Below are positions 34,107 through 43,309 of a stretch of DNA of 64,000 nucleotides, piece after piece; position 1 is the stretch's first letter; every line of letters starts with the position of its first letter. The notes under the pieces were generated by a model. It saw only the letters and a list, made by a program, of their open reading frames with translations. It was not told the origin of the DNA and searched no databases. The stretch spans positions 1,090-65,089 of the forward strand of contig JAZNCE010000007.1 in the NCBI GenBank assembly GCA_045587385.1, given 5' to 3'. Origin of the DNA: Eubacteriales bacterium. Its GTDB lineage: Bacteria > Bacillota > Clostridia > Oscillospirales > CAG-272. The translations under genes and the position numbers were made by a program.

Positions 34107-35510
34107 TTATTTTTCCAACGGCAATTTTTCAAACAAGCGGTACACGTCTCCCGCGCCCATCACGACCACCGCGTCGCGCTCGGTGACAAGGGCGCAAAGC
34201 TGATCCCTGACCCCTTCAAAATCGGGCTGATAGGTTGCCTTATCCCCGATTCGGGACGCCAGCTTTGCAGAGCTGATGCCCTTGGAGTCCTTTTCTCTTG
34301 CGGCGTATATATCCACCAAGATCACGCGGTCGGCATCCGCAAACGCGCCCGCAAACTGATCTGCGAGCTGCGCGGTACGGCTGTAGGTGTGCGGCTGGAA
34401 CACGCAGAAAATGCGCTCGTATCCCATCTGCGCCATGCCCTGCAGCGTTGCAGCCACCTCGGTGGGATGGTGTCCGTAATCGTCGTAAACGACAGCACCG
34501 TTCAACCTGCCCTTATACTCCATGCGTCTGCCCGCACCGCAAAAATGATGCAAGCCTTGCGCAATATCCTCTGCGCTCAACCCACACAAATGCGCGCACG
34601 CAGTCGCGGCAAGTGCATTATAGACGTTATGCTTCCCGGGTACGCTCAACTTGACGTGCGCGAAAAATTCACCGTCCAGCAGGACGTCAAAGGCGGGACA
34701 ACCACCCTCGTAGGTCACGTTGATCGCGCGGAAAGTGGCGTATTCGTTCTCAATGCCAAACGTCACCGTGCCGCCCACGTAGCTTGCAAGCGACGCCATG
34801 ACCTCGGGATCGTCACAGTTAGCCACGGCAAAGCCGCTCTCGCCCGTCAGCGCAGCGTACTTGCCAAACGAGGCGCGAATCTGCTCCATGCTCTTGAAAT
34901 AATCCACGTGCTCCATCTCAACGTTGAGTAAAACCGCAATGCTCGGGTTAAAATCAAGAAAAGAGTCCATATACTCGCACGCTTCAAAAATGAAGTGCTG
35001 CTTGCCGCCGATACGGTACGCACCGTTCAGACACGCGGTCGTCGCTCCCGAAAGCACGGTGGGATCGGCATCCGCATCCACAAAGACCTGCGCGCACATA
35101 GACGTGCACGTGCTCTTGCCGTGCATGCCTGCGATGCCTACGCGGTGCGCATAGCCCATCATGATATACCCCAGATAGTCCGCGCGCGACACGCAGGGAA
35201 TCCCCTCTGCTTTGGCATAGGCATATTCGGGATTGTCGGGCGAGATCGCCACTGTATACACGATCATATCCGCCCCCTGCGCAGCCATGGCGCTGTGCTC
35301 ATAATGCACGAGAATGCCGCTTGCCTCCAGCGACTCGGTCACGGCTGTGCGCGTGCGGTCGGTACCGCTGACTTTGTAGCCGCGCCTGTGAGTGATAAGT
35401 GCCAGCGAGGACATCATCACGCCGCCCACGCCGATAAAATGAATATGCGCAGCACCTGCCAGCATTTGCGCAATGGCAGCGGCACCATAGTGTGTATTGG
35501 GAGTTGCCAT
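34107..35510 (-). CDS. murC: UDP-N-acetylmuramate--L-alanine ligase
   Basis: IHFIGVGGVMMSSLA (Rossmann-type), the GMHGKSTCTSM P-loop, and a Mur ligase C-terminal domain. Confidence 0.93.
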   Translation of the reverse strand: MATPNTHYGAAAIAQMLAGAAHIHFIGVGGVMMSSLALITHRRGYKVSGTDRTRTAVTESLEASGILVHYEHSAMAAQGADMIVYTVAISPDNPEYAYAKAEGIPCVSRADYLGYIMMGYAHRVGIAGMHGKSTCTSMCAQVFVDADADPTVLSGATTACLNGAYRIGGKQHFIFEACEYMDSFLDFNPSIAVLLNVEMEHVDYFKSMEQIRASFGKYAALTGESGFAVANCDDPEVMASLASYVGGTVTFGIENEYATFRAINVTYEGGCPAFDVLLDGEFFAHVKLSVPGKHNVYNALAATACAHLCGLSAEDIAQGLHHFCGAGRRMEYKGRLNGAVVYDDYGHHPTEVAATLQGMAQMGYERIFCVFQPHTYSRTAQLADQFAGAFADADRVILVDIYAAREKDSKGISSAKLASRIGDKATYQPDFEGVRDQLCALVTERDAVVVMGAGDVYRLFEKLPLEK

Positions 35511-35685
35511 AGTGTCTCCTTATCCAAAATTCATATAATGTATACATTATAGAAATGATTTATTTACAAATTTAGCCGATTTTCACAGAAAATACCGATT
35601 ATGATTGAATAAGCATCACAAAGCGGTTGTATAATGCATTATGTAGCCTATATAAGTTATCTTTATGAAGACGGAGGACCGGATT

Positions 35686-35985
35686 ATGCAGATCACAGAT
35701 ATCAAGATCAGAAAACTTTTTGATGACGGCCCCATGAAAGCCATTGTTTCTATCACCTTCGACCATCAGCTGGCTGTACATGACATCAAAGTCATCTATG
35801 CACGTGACAAGTACTTTATCGTAATGCCCAGTCGTAAGAACCCCGATGAGACCTACAGAGATATTGCGCACCCCATCAACGCACAGTTCCGTGCTGAGCT
35901 TGAGGAGGCCGTTATTGCAGCGTATCACAAAGAGGTAGAGTTGGCTGCTCAAAACACCGAGGAACAAGAGCCCGCTACGGTTTAA
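35686..35985 (+). CDS. spoVG: septation regulator SpoVG
   Basis: MQITDIKIRKL...KAIVSITFD..LAVHDIKVI......FIVMPSRK....YRDIAHPIN. Start at 35686, 8 nt after GGAGG. Confidence 0.93.
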   Translation: MQITDIKIRKLFDDGPMKAIVSITFDHQLAVHDIKVIYARDKYFIVMPSRKNPDETYRDIAHPINAQFRAELEEAVIAAYHKEVELAAQNTEEQEPATV

Positions 35986-36003
35986 GCGTATACAACCCCC
36001 AAG

Positions 36004-36037
36004 AAGAACCCCTGGGCAAAAGGGGGTTCTTTTTTTG
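36004..36037. terminator. bidirectional terminator between convergent genes
   Basis: AAGAACCCC-loop-GGGGTTCTT followed by TTTTTTG. Confidence 0.8.
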
Positions 36038-36040
36038 TGC

Positions 36041-36547
36041 TTATAAGGTTCCAAATCCAAATAATATACCTTGATTATTGACGGTCAGCGTGCCGAATTT
36101 TCCGTCCTGTAACGCTCCCGGATTACATACGAGCAGCGGCTTTGTCAGCTCCCGCCCGCAAAAACGCTCCCCTGCGTCCAGCCACTCCTGGCGCGGCAGG
36201 TGGGTGTGCCCGTACAGCAGCACGTCCGCCTCGGCTTGCGCCGCAAACGCCACCGCGCGCCCCATGCCGCCCTTGACGCCGTGCGTATGCCCGTGCATCA
36301 TGAGAATGCGGTACGCGCCAACCTCGATCAGCGCGTGCTCGGGCGCACTCTGCCCTTCAAACAAGGTATAAAAATCACAATTCCCGCGCACGGGTCGCAC
36401 ACAAATATCCTGATATTCCAGCACGCGCAGATCGCGTATGCCGTCTCCCAAAAACAGTACCGCATCGGGCGCGCACACCTGCAGCTCCAAAGCACGATCG
36501 ATCAGCTCTGCTTTACCGTGCGAATCGGAAAGCACCAAATATTCCAT
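36041..36547 (-). CDS. metallophosphoesterase (YfcE/MJ0936 family)
   Basis: Motifs LSDSHG, GDG, GNCD, HGH and GHTH in the canonical order. Confidence 0.88.
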   Translation of the reverse strand: MEYLVLSDSHGKAELIDRALELQVCAPDAVLFLGDGIRDLRVLEYQDICVRPVRGNCDFYTLFEGQSAPEHALIEVGAYRILMMHGHTHGVKGGMGRAVAFAAQAEADVLLYGHTHLPRQEWLDAGERFCGRELTKPLLVCNPGALQDGKFGTLTVNNQGILFGFGTL

Positions 36548-36548
36548 A

Positions 36549-37508
36549 TCAGCAAGCACCTGCCGGCATGGGCTCGACCTTGGGCAGGTACGCCGCCCCC
36601 TTGGGCACGATCAGACAAAGCGCGTCCTTCGCCGCACTGATCTCCAGCTCCCGCGCTTCGACCACCTCACCGTCCACGCAAATGCTTTGCTCACCGTCAA
36701 AGGTGTATCGCAGGGTCTCCCCCTTCACGTAACCGATCACGCGGCGCGCCTTGGGATTGCCATAATAGCTGCCGTCCTTATACGATTTGACCAAGGATAA
36801 AAAGCGGATGCGCGTCACGTTCTTGATCATAAGTACGTCCAGAATGCCGTCGCCAAGCAATGCCTTGGGCGAGGAATAAAAACCGCCGCCGCACCACGCG
36901 CCGTTTGCAACCGAGGTCAGCAGCATATCGTGCCACTCCGGCTCTCCGCCGTCTACCGACACCCATGCCTTGACGCCCGGCTTGCGGATCAAGGTCAGCA
37001 CCAAGCCCGCAATATAGCCCATATCAGCCGACAACAGCTTTTTCTCCTTGAGCTTGGCGGTCAGCTTGACCACCTCGCAATCAAAGCCGATATTGATCAT
37101 ATTGACACAAAAGCGATCGTTATATCGGATCAGATCTATCTTATGCATCTGTCCGTCCAGCTGTGCGCCAATATCCAAAAATGCATCATTCCCATCAAAA
37201 TTACGCACGAAATCGTTACCCGTTCCCACAGGCACAACACCGACAGCGGCATTTTCAAATCCGTAAGCACCGTTGACCACCTCAGAAAGCGTGCCGTCAC
37301 CGCCGCAAGCATAAAAGCGCAGCTGCATTTCGGGATAGCGTGTACAAAAGTCATGAACGAAATCGGTTGCTTCACCGCATGCACTCGTCTGATGGATCAA
37401 ATACTCCACACCGTGCGCAGTACATGCCTGCTCGATTTTTTCGCGTAGCCCCTGCTGCCGAGCCCCCTTGCCCGCCATAGGGTTGAGTATAAAAACGTGT
37501 TTGATCAT
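36549..37508 (-). CDS. diacylglycerol kinase family lipid kinase (YegS/DagK-like)
   Basis: ILNPMAGKG and GGDGTLSEVVNG motifs. Confidence 0.88.
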   Translation of the reverse strand: MIKHVFILNPMAGKGARQQGLREKIEQACTAHGVEYLIHQTSACGEATDFVHDFCTRYPEMQLRFYACGGDGTLSEVVNGAYGFENAAVGVVPVGTGNDFVRNFDGNDAFLDIGAQLDGQMHKIDLIRYNDRFCVNMINIGFDCEVVKLTAKLKEKKLLSADMGYIAGLVLTLIRKPGVKAWVSVDGGEPEWHDMLLTSVANGAWCGGGFYSSPKALLGDGILDVLMIKNVTRIRFLSLVKSYKDGSYYGNPKARRVIGYVKGETLRYTFDGEQSICVDGEVVEARELEISAAKDALCLIVPKGAAYLPKVEPMPAGAC

Positions 37509-37658
37509 AGCTTTACCATTCTTTCTTTTGGGTGAAATCGTGCACTCTATCAGTCTATTATAACATACAGACCCCTGCTTTGTCTACCGTTTTTTCACAG
37601 TTTTTTTGCACTCTTCATACAATATGGAGTGAATACAGAATGCGAAAGGAGTACTCCT

Positions 37659-37892
37659 ATGACACTTGACAGAAACGCGGTGGACAAATTACTCGCTCTC
37701 AACGACAGACAGCTTGCGCTGGTGATCAAAAAGCTGACTGCAGAGGCAGGCATTGACCCTGCGCTCATACAGATCAATCCCTCCAACATGCAGGCATTGC
37801 GCACCGCCCTTTCCATGGCGACCGACGAGGATCTTGCCCGTGCCGGTGAACAGCTGTCCAAATTGAAAAAGGACGGAGGCCACCATGTCTGA
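37659..37892 (+). CDS. small hypothetical protein (77 aa)
   Basis: ATG follows AAAGGAG. It is the first of three overlapping small ORFs. Confidence 0.55.
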   Translation: MTLDRNAVDKLLALNDRQLALVIKKLTAEAGIDPALIQINPSNMQALRTALSMATDEDLARAGEQLSKLKKDGGHHV

Positions 37893-38205
37893 CGCATCCG
37901 ACACCCTACAGCGTCTTTTGGACGACCCCGAGGTGCAGGCGGCGGCGCAAGAGCCAGGCGAGCAGGGCGATTCCCTACCCGTCGGTACTTCCGTACTCGG
38001 TGCATTGCCTCCGGATCTGATGGGCAAGCTGCCCGCGCTGATGAGTGCGCTGGGTCCCATGCTCGGCAAAGCCGACGGCAAAAAGGATGAAAAAACCGCG
38101 CTGCTGCTGGCACTCAAGCCCTACATGAGCCCCGAGCGATGCGATGCCATTGATAAGCTGATCATGTTCGGGCGCATCAGCGAGGTCATGAAGCAGCTAC
38201 GGTGA
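37885..38205 (+). CDS. small hypothetical protein (106 aa)
   Basis: GGAGG lies 5 nt upstream. It overlaps the previous stop by 8 nt. Confidence 0.6.
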   Translation: MSDASDTLQRLLDDPEVQAAAQEPGEQGDSLPVGTSVLGALPPDLMGKLPALMSALGPMLGKADGKKDEKTALLLALKPYMSPERCDAIDKLIMFGRISEVMKQLR

Positions 38206-38252
38206 GCTTTCCATCACGATTTGAGCCGCCCCCATGGCGGCATGGAGGATAT

Positions 38253-38585
38253 ATGTACGTAAAACCACCGCGCAGACAATTTCAAAAAGGGATGTACGTG
38301 CCCGACAATTATCACGGCACCGCTTTTGCCGAGGTGCAAGAGACCGACGAGCAGCCCGCAGAGCCCCAGCAAGCAGAGGTAAGCGCGCCCCCGCCCGATG
38401 CTATGCCCACCGTCCAAAAGCAAGAGGGCGGGCTGCTCTCCTCGCTGTTTTCGGGCTTTGGCGGCTTGCGCTCGGACGACGTTCTGTTACTTGCCCTAAT
38501 CGTGCTGCTCTCGCGCAGCGACGATGGCGGCAAGGGCGCAGGCGACGTATTGCCGCTGCTTGCGATATTGCTTTTCATGGGATAA
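38253..38585 (+). CDS. small hypothetical protein with a hydrophobic C-terminus
   Basis: I prefer the ATG at 38253 after GGAGG; the ORF-track alternative is GTG at 38202. The C-terminus is LLLALIVLL...LPLLAILLFMG. Confidence 0.55.
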   Translation: MYVKPPRRQFQKGMYVPDNYHGTAFAEVQETDEQPAEPQQAEVSAPPPDAMPTVQKQEGGLLSSLFSGFGGLRSDDVLLLALIVLLSRSDDGGKGAGDVLPLLAILLFMG

Positions 38586-38593
38586 AACAAACA

Positions 38594-38630
38594 AGAAAGG
38601 GACCAAGCACACACGTCTTGGTCCCTTTCT
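38594..38630. terminator. bidirectional terminator between convergent genes
   Basis: AGAAAGGGACCAAG-9 nt-CTTGGTCCCTTTCT. Confidence 0.8.
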
Positions 38631-38643
38631 CACAATCATCTTA

Positions 38644-39591
38644 TCATGATTCAATTTCCGCAGGCTCCACGCTCTCCATGATCACCCAATTGCCGTAACC
38701 TTTGGCAATCACGTAATCCAAGGCGTCGGTCTGCCCCCCGTCCAGCGCAATGCGCGGAGAATAGCGCGTCAGATCGTACTGCATATTTTCCATCACGTAC
38801 CGCACGGTCAGGGTCTGCTGCTCTGCCTCGGGCACGGTTACGTCCAAGGGCAAGCCGCGCAGATCCAGCACCAAAAAATCGCAAACCGTCAAAAGCTGTG
38901 CTGCGGTATACGCGTCATAGCGTGATGCAAGCAGCACCTCGGGCCGGATCAGCACACCGATGGCGCAATCCCCTGCCAGCGATTTGACGCGGAGCAAATA
39001 CGCGCACACCTCGGCAATATTTGCCTGCGTGGGAGCAAGTCCGCACAGAAAGATCTCGTCCACACCCGACGCTGCCGCTTCGGCAATCAACGCAGCCTCA
39101 TAGGAAAGCATCAGCTCACGCAAAGCCGCATCCTGCTCGGCAAAGCCCGAAATCGGCATATACGCGCTCAAATACAGGCTGTTGTGATGCAGATTTTCCA
39201 CGTTTTGGGCAAGATCCGCTTGTCCATCCTGCTCCCAGCCTGCGCGATCACATACCGCCGAGCGAAATGCAAGCGCGCCGTCCTTGGTACGCAAGGGCGC
39301 GCACAGCTGCGCAATGCCTGCGTTGAGATAGCTGCTGTATCGGTCACCGATCTTATACGCATGCGCCTTGATGCGCGGCACCGTGACGGGCACGATCTCC
39401 TCCTTTGGCACCTCGGGAGCAGTTGACTGCTCTTGCTTGGCGGGATACTTCTCCGCCGTGCGTAACAGCCACGAGCCAACGCCCACGCTGGCAGCAAAGG
39501 TCGCGCCAAGCAGCAAAACGATACCGATCGCAATGCCCCACTTGACCCAAGCATCCCTTTTTTTACCGATGCGCACGCGTTTCTTTGCCAT
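38644..39591 (-). CDS. membrane-anchored hypothetical protein
   Basis: Basic N-terminus plus one TM segment (WGIAIGIVLLLGATFAASVG). No family recognised. Confidence 0.7.
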   Translation of the reverse strand: MAKKRVRIGKKRDAWVKWGIAIGIVLLLGATFAASVGVGSWLLRTAEKYPAKQEQSTAPEVPKEEIVPVTVPRIKAHAYKIGDRYSSYLNAGIAQLCAPLRTKDGALAFRSAVCDRAGWEQDGQADLAQNVENLHHNSLYLSAYMPISGFAEQDAALRELMLSYEAALIAEAAASGVDEIFLCGLAPTQANIAEVCAYLLRVKSLAGDCAIGVLIRPEVLLASRYDAYTAAQLLTVCDFLVLDLRGLPLDVTVPEAEQQTLTVRYVMENMQYDLTRYSPRIALDGGQTDALDYVIAKGYGNWVIMESVEPAEIES

Positions 39592-39603
39592 AACTTTCCT
39601 CTT

Positions 39604-40677
39604 TTAATCCAAATTCACAAAATCCAGGCTCTTGCCGTATTCGTTGAGCTCGACCGTCATGTTTTCCTTGATGCCGTCCTGATACTCACCCATCTTGGCA
39701 GACTGGTAATACTGCAGCAGCTTTTCGCCGTACATCAGTACGTCAAGCTCCTCGATCGGCATACGCATGATCACGTAATATCCGCCGCCGTACTCCACCA
39801 CGCCGCTGGTCTCATACTCGCCTAACGCAAATGCTGCGTCCTCGTACTCTTCACCCATTTCATTGTACGTAAAATAGTATCCCATCTCGGTGATGGTCAA
39901 GTCCTTATTGACCACAGAGCCGATATGCTGGCACATCAGAGAATAACGCTCCTCGTCATCCTCGCACGCTGCCAGCTCGTCAGCGATCGCCTTTGCGGTA
40001 TCGTAATACGAATCCCGCTTGCCCTCATCCTCCACGGGAATATAGACGTGAATGGTTCTGGCGTAATCCACGCCCTCCAGCACGTAATCCAGATACTCCG
40101 AGTAATTGCGCTCACCGTACTCAAAGATGCCGCCATCCACCAGCGCGTAATACATAGCCGATTCCAGATAGCTTGCGCGGTAAACGAAGCGCAGATAGTG
40201 GTCGGTCAAGCCGTTTTCCTTGAGCCATGCAAGGTATGCGTCAAAATCACCGCCAAAGCCGCCCTCGGCTTGGCTTTGATTGACCAAGCTCTCGATCTGC
40301 TCTTGCACGTACTTGTCGATCTCGGGATCATTTGTACTGACCATCAGATTTTTGCAGCCGACAAGGATGGCGTAATTCGCCTTGAGGTTCTCAAGGACAA
40401 GCTCCTCTAACTCACCGCGATACTTCTCTGCGGTACGCGCATCGTCCCAGATGCCCTTGCCGTATTTCTGCTCCAGCTGTGCCTTATAGGTGTTGACGAC
40501 AAAGCGCAGCTCCTCGTAATAAATATCGTATTCGTCGCACTTGCCGATCACGCGCATCTCCTGCTCGCTGCTCTCCACGGGCTTGATCTCATTCGAGCAG
40601 CCCGCAAGTGTCGCTACAAGCATCAGCAGCGCCATGGCGCACGCAAGCACGCGCACTTTTCTCATACGTTGCATCAT
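39604..40677 (-). CDS. lipoprotein, unknown function (possibly SurA/PrsA-N-like chaperone domain)
   Basis: Lipobox LVATLAGC. Start at 40677, 5 nt after GGAGG. Confidence 0.75.
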   Translation of the reverse strand: MMQRMRKVRVLACAMALLMLVATLAGCSNEIKPVESSEQEMRVIGKCDEYDIYYEELRFVVNTYKAQLEQKYGKGIWDDARTAEKYRGELEELVLENLKANYAILVGCKNLMVSTNDPEIDKYVQEQIESLVNQSQAEGGFGGDFDAYLAWLKENGLTDHYLRFVYRASYLESAMYYALVDGGIFEYGERNYSEYLDYVLEGVDYARTIHVYIPVEDEGKRDSYYDTAKAIADELAACEDDEERYSLMCQHIGSVVNKDLTITEMGYYFTYNEMGEEYEDAAFALGEYETSGVVEYGGGYYVIMRMPIEELDVLMYGEKLLQYYQSAKMGEYQDGIKENMTVELNEYGKSLDFVNLD

Positions 40678-40785
40678 ATATTCCTCCAAAAGCCGTATAG
40701 GCACATCATTTCACGTTAATTATACAACGCCTTTATGACATGGCTGTGAATATTGCGTATTTTTTTGCACACTTTCGCAAAAAGG

Positions 40786-40800
40786 AAGGTTTTGTCAAGT
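40786..40800. repeat. direct repeat copy 1 (AAGGTTTTGTCAAGT), left border of the RHS island
   Basis: An exact 15-mer also found at 43205-43219 and 45510-45524 in the same orientation. Confidence 0.8.
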
Positions 40801-40837
40801 TGTTTGTTATTTCAGAGACCGTTTTACTGCCTTGACA

Positions 40838-40864
40838 TAAAAAAGAGTGCCGCCGAAGCGACAC
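40838..40864 (-). terminator. rho-independent terminator closing island module A
   Basis: The minus strand reads GTGTCGC-TTCG-GCGGCAC followed by TCTTTTTTA. A decayed copy lies at about 43104-43135. Confidence 0.75.
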
Positions 40865-41062
40865 CCCAGTTAATAAATACAATGAGAAACTATAAATAGT
40901 ATATCAAATAAAGACGTATTCTAGAATATAGAAACAGGCTAAGAGCTTGATAAAATAAACAATTCTAGTAAATTTGACTATGAATGCAATAACTTGAAAA
41001 ATAATCGAACAAATTATAATTATCGAATCATTGACAAAACCTATTCAAAAACAAATCAGAAG

Positions 41063-41551
41063 TTATTTACTCACGTTAAACTTTTCAGCCCATTGTTCTA
41101 TTGCTTTTATGTTTTTTTCATTATAAATGATTTGAATTCTTTTAAGTTTTTTATTATTTGAGCAACCAGATTGAAATTTGAATAAATTTTCATCCTGTAG
41201 ACTCTTGTCATAAATACAAATCCATTTTTTATCAATAGAAACTATCCAACTGAAATATGTTGGCAATGTTTCTATAGAAATCTGAATGCTCGAAGCGTCT
41301 AATTTCATTATAGTTCCAAATGCTGATTTTACAACGATATAATTACCATCAACATAGTAGTATTGCATATATTGAATTGAAGCAATTATAAAAATTACAC
41401 CCATAATTGCCATAATCAAACTCCAGAAAGTTTTAGCAATTATATCTTCATCGGTCTTAATAATTAAAGGCGCTATTGAAAAAACAAACATAATAATTGA
41501 CAAAACAATAAAAGCAATGTAGCTGTATTTAGGATAACATCTCGTTTTCAT
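41063..41551 (-). CDS. small multi-TM protein in the immunity position after toxin cassette 2
   Basis: It starts 4 nt after the toxin stop. It has three hydrophobic segments and is AT-rich. Confidence 0.65.
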   Translation of the reverse strand: MKTRCYPKYSYIAFIVLSIIMFVFSIAPLIIKTDEDIIAKTFWSLIMAIMGVIFIIASIQYMQYYYVDGNYIVVKSAFGTIMKLDASSIQISIETLPTYFSWIVSIDKKWICIYDKSLQDENLFKFQSGCSNNKKLKRIQIIYNEKNIKAIEQWAEKFNVSK

Positions 41552-41555
41552 ATTA

Positions 41556-43133
41556 TTAATACCATCCTGATAATATACTTGATGTGACAGAAGAATAAAC
41601 CATATATCTTGTCAAATTGTTTACGGTAAACATAGCAAGCTCAGCTGCAGGCTGACTCATGAGCAATTCATAAATTTGATCGTATCCCCATCCTTTATAT
41701 GCATTTCTCATGAATTTATCTGTCCCAAGCATATTCCAAATGGTCAAAGATTTCTTTTTGGCGCTCATATTAGCAATAGCGCGAGCCCTAGCAGATATCG
41801 CATTTACTTGTTTGCCAACCTTAAAATGCTTAATTGCATCACTCAGCCCTCTACCGAATACATTTGCAACTCCTCCTAGACCGAAAGCAAGAGCCGCAGA
41901 ACCCCAACTATCAACAGAACCGCTAACTAAACCTCCTAAAGTGGAAGCGATTCCACCAATTGCAAAAGTTCCCAAGTAACTCAAGAAACCGGTTCCAGGT
42001 ATCGGAATTGCAGATATAGCTCCTGCTACTCCGCCTCCGAGAGTAGATCTCGCAATTTGCCACCAATCCCATTCAGAAGCATTCCATCCGTTAGACACAA
42101 CTTGTTTGCCGATTTCAAACGCTCCGCCAATTGCAGCACCAACGCCGAATCCAATTGCCATCGCGATTAAAATAGCAGAAAGGGCCATATGTCCACTGTG
42201 GTCAGCGTAATTAACAGGATCATTATTGCAGTATACGTAAAGGTTAAGACCATTTACAGACTCAGGATCAAGATAACCCGTATCATCAGGCGAGATAAAT
42301 CTACGCCATTCGGGGCTGTAGTAACGTGCATTGAGATAATAAAGCTTTGTGTCCTGATCGTAGTAATATCCGCGATATCTGATAGGATTGCGAATTGCAC
42401 TACCATCAGAGTTGAGAGTAATGGTACAATTACCCCAAGCATCGTAGGCGTATCCGCCGACCTTTTCTCCTCTTGTGTTGTAAATGCCGATGACGTCGCC
42501 AAGCAGATTGCGCTGGAAGTAGTAGGTAGTTGAAGCACCGGATTCGGAGGTGTACACCATACCGATGATACCGGACTCATCATACAAATAAACCTTTTTT
42601 TCAGTGGCGCTTCCTTCTCCGTAGTACTGACTTATCTTGCTCTCGCAAATCAGTCTGCCTGACTGATCATATTTGAATGTCTGACTGTAGCTTGTCAACA
42701 TTCCCATTACAATGGCAGAAGAGGAAGAGGTGCCAGCCATGAAGTTGTAGTTGATTCCAATTCTCTGACCGAAGGCATTATAGGTATAGTTGTAAGTATG
42801 CGTACCTGTGATCCTAGATCCTTTTGTAAGCTTGGAAAGCTTGCCGCGCGTCCAAGTCGCCGTATAGCCGTTGACCGTTGTAGGGCATCCCATAGAATTG
42901 TAGTTAATGGTTGTGCCACCACACGCGGTCAGTCTATCGGGATAGGTTGCATCATAGCCGAAGCTCTGCTGGGAGATCACAGAACCGAGCGTACCGGTGG
43001 TGTATGCATAAGTCTTTACAGCAACAACATTGCCGATATTATTATACTCGGATACAAAGGATTTGTCAAGGTGCGCATTTGTTTTAAAGGCAAGCAATGC
43101 TCGACACAAAAAAGGGGGCCGCAGAAACGACAC
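41556..43133 (-). CDS. N-terminally truncated RHS/YD-repeat protein with the RHS core end and a C-terminal polymorphic-toxin tip (orphan cassette 2)
   Basis: YD repeats (YNYTYNAFGQR, FKYDQSGRL, YLYDESG, YAYDAWGN). The core end is NPIRYRGYYYDQDTKLYYLNARYYSPEWRRFISPDD...DPVNYADHSGH. A Gly-rich, TM-like, PT-TG-type region and a unique tail follow. The first 20 or so codons (GTG start) derive from a terminator remnant and are doubtful. Confidence 0.75.
   Translation of the reverse strand: MSFLRPPFLCRALLAFKTNAHLDKSFVSEYNNIGNVVAVKTYAYTTGTLGSVISQQSFGYDATYPDRLTACGGTTINYNSMGCPTTVNGYTATWTRGKLSKLTKGSRITGTHTYNYTYNAFGQRIGINYNFMAGTSSSSAIVMGMLTSYSQTFKYDQSGRLICESKISQYYGEGSATEKKVYLYDESGIIGMVYTSESGASTTYYFQRNLLGDVIGIYNTRGEKVGGYAYDAWGNCTITLNSDGSAIRNPIRYRGYYYDQDTKLYYLNARYYSPEWRRFISPDDTGYLDPESVNGLNLYVYCNNDPVNYADHSGHMALSAILIAMAIGFGVGAAIGGAFEIGKQVVSNGWNASEWDWWQIARSTLGGGVAGAISAIPIPGTGFLSYLGTFAIGGIASTLGGLVSGSVDSWGSAALAFGLGGVANVFGRGLSDAIKHFKVGKQVNAISARARAIANMSAKKKSLTIWNMLGTDKFMRNAYKGWGYDQIYELLMSQPAAELAMFTVNNLTRYMVYSSVTSSILSGWY
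43041..43069 (-). promoter_or_regulatory. consensus promoter-like module inside cassette 2
   Basis: The minus strand reads TTGACA, 17 nt (AATCCTTTGTATCCGAG), TATAAT. In frame it also codes LDKSFVSEYN. Confidence 0.45.
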
Positions 43134-43188
43134 TCAAGGGCATTTTAAATGTTATCTTATACCATTTATTAATGTGTTTTATTTATAT

Positions 43189-43217
43189 TCTATACTCATA
43201 AACAAAGGTTTTGTCAA
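43189..43217 (-). promoter_or_regulatory. promoter-like module at the 5' border of module A (overlaps direct repeat copy 2)
   Basis: The minus strand reads TTGACA, 17 nt (AAACCTTTGTTTATGAG), TATAGA. Confidence 0.45.
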
Positions 43218-43219
43218 GT
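43205..43219. repeat. direct repeat copy 2 (AAGGTTTTGTCAAGT), between the two island modules
   Basis: Exact 15-mer; see copies 1 and 3. Confidence 0.8.
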
Positions 43220-43257
43220 GTTGCACTGTTCTCTCTAATAAGTTGTCGTAGGGCGGC

Positions 43258-43294
43258 AAAAGAAAAGGCGAGCCTACCCGAAAGTAAGCTCGCC
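43258..43294 (-). terminator. rho-independent terminator closing island module B
   Basis: The minus strand reads GGCGAGC-13 nt-GCTCGCC followed by TTTTCTTTTG. Confidence 0.7.
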
Positions 43295-43309
43295 AAGTAT
43301 TTTGTTTAC

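Noticed and set aside
43075-43133. The N-terminal 20 codons (MSFLRPPFLCRALLAFKTNA) of the 525-aa RHS ORF as genuine coding sequence.
   Set aside because: This stretch is homologous to the terminator-plus-spacer junction seen at 40801-40864. It starts at a GTG with no Shine-Dalgarno site. The genuine RHS-derived sequence begins at LDKSFV.
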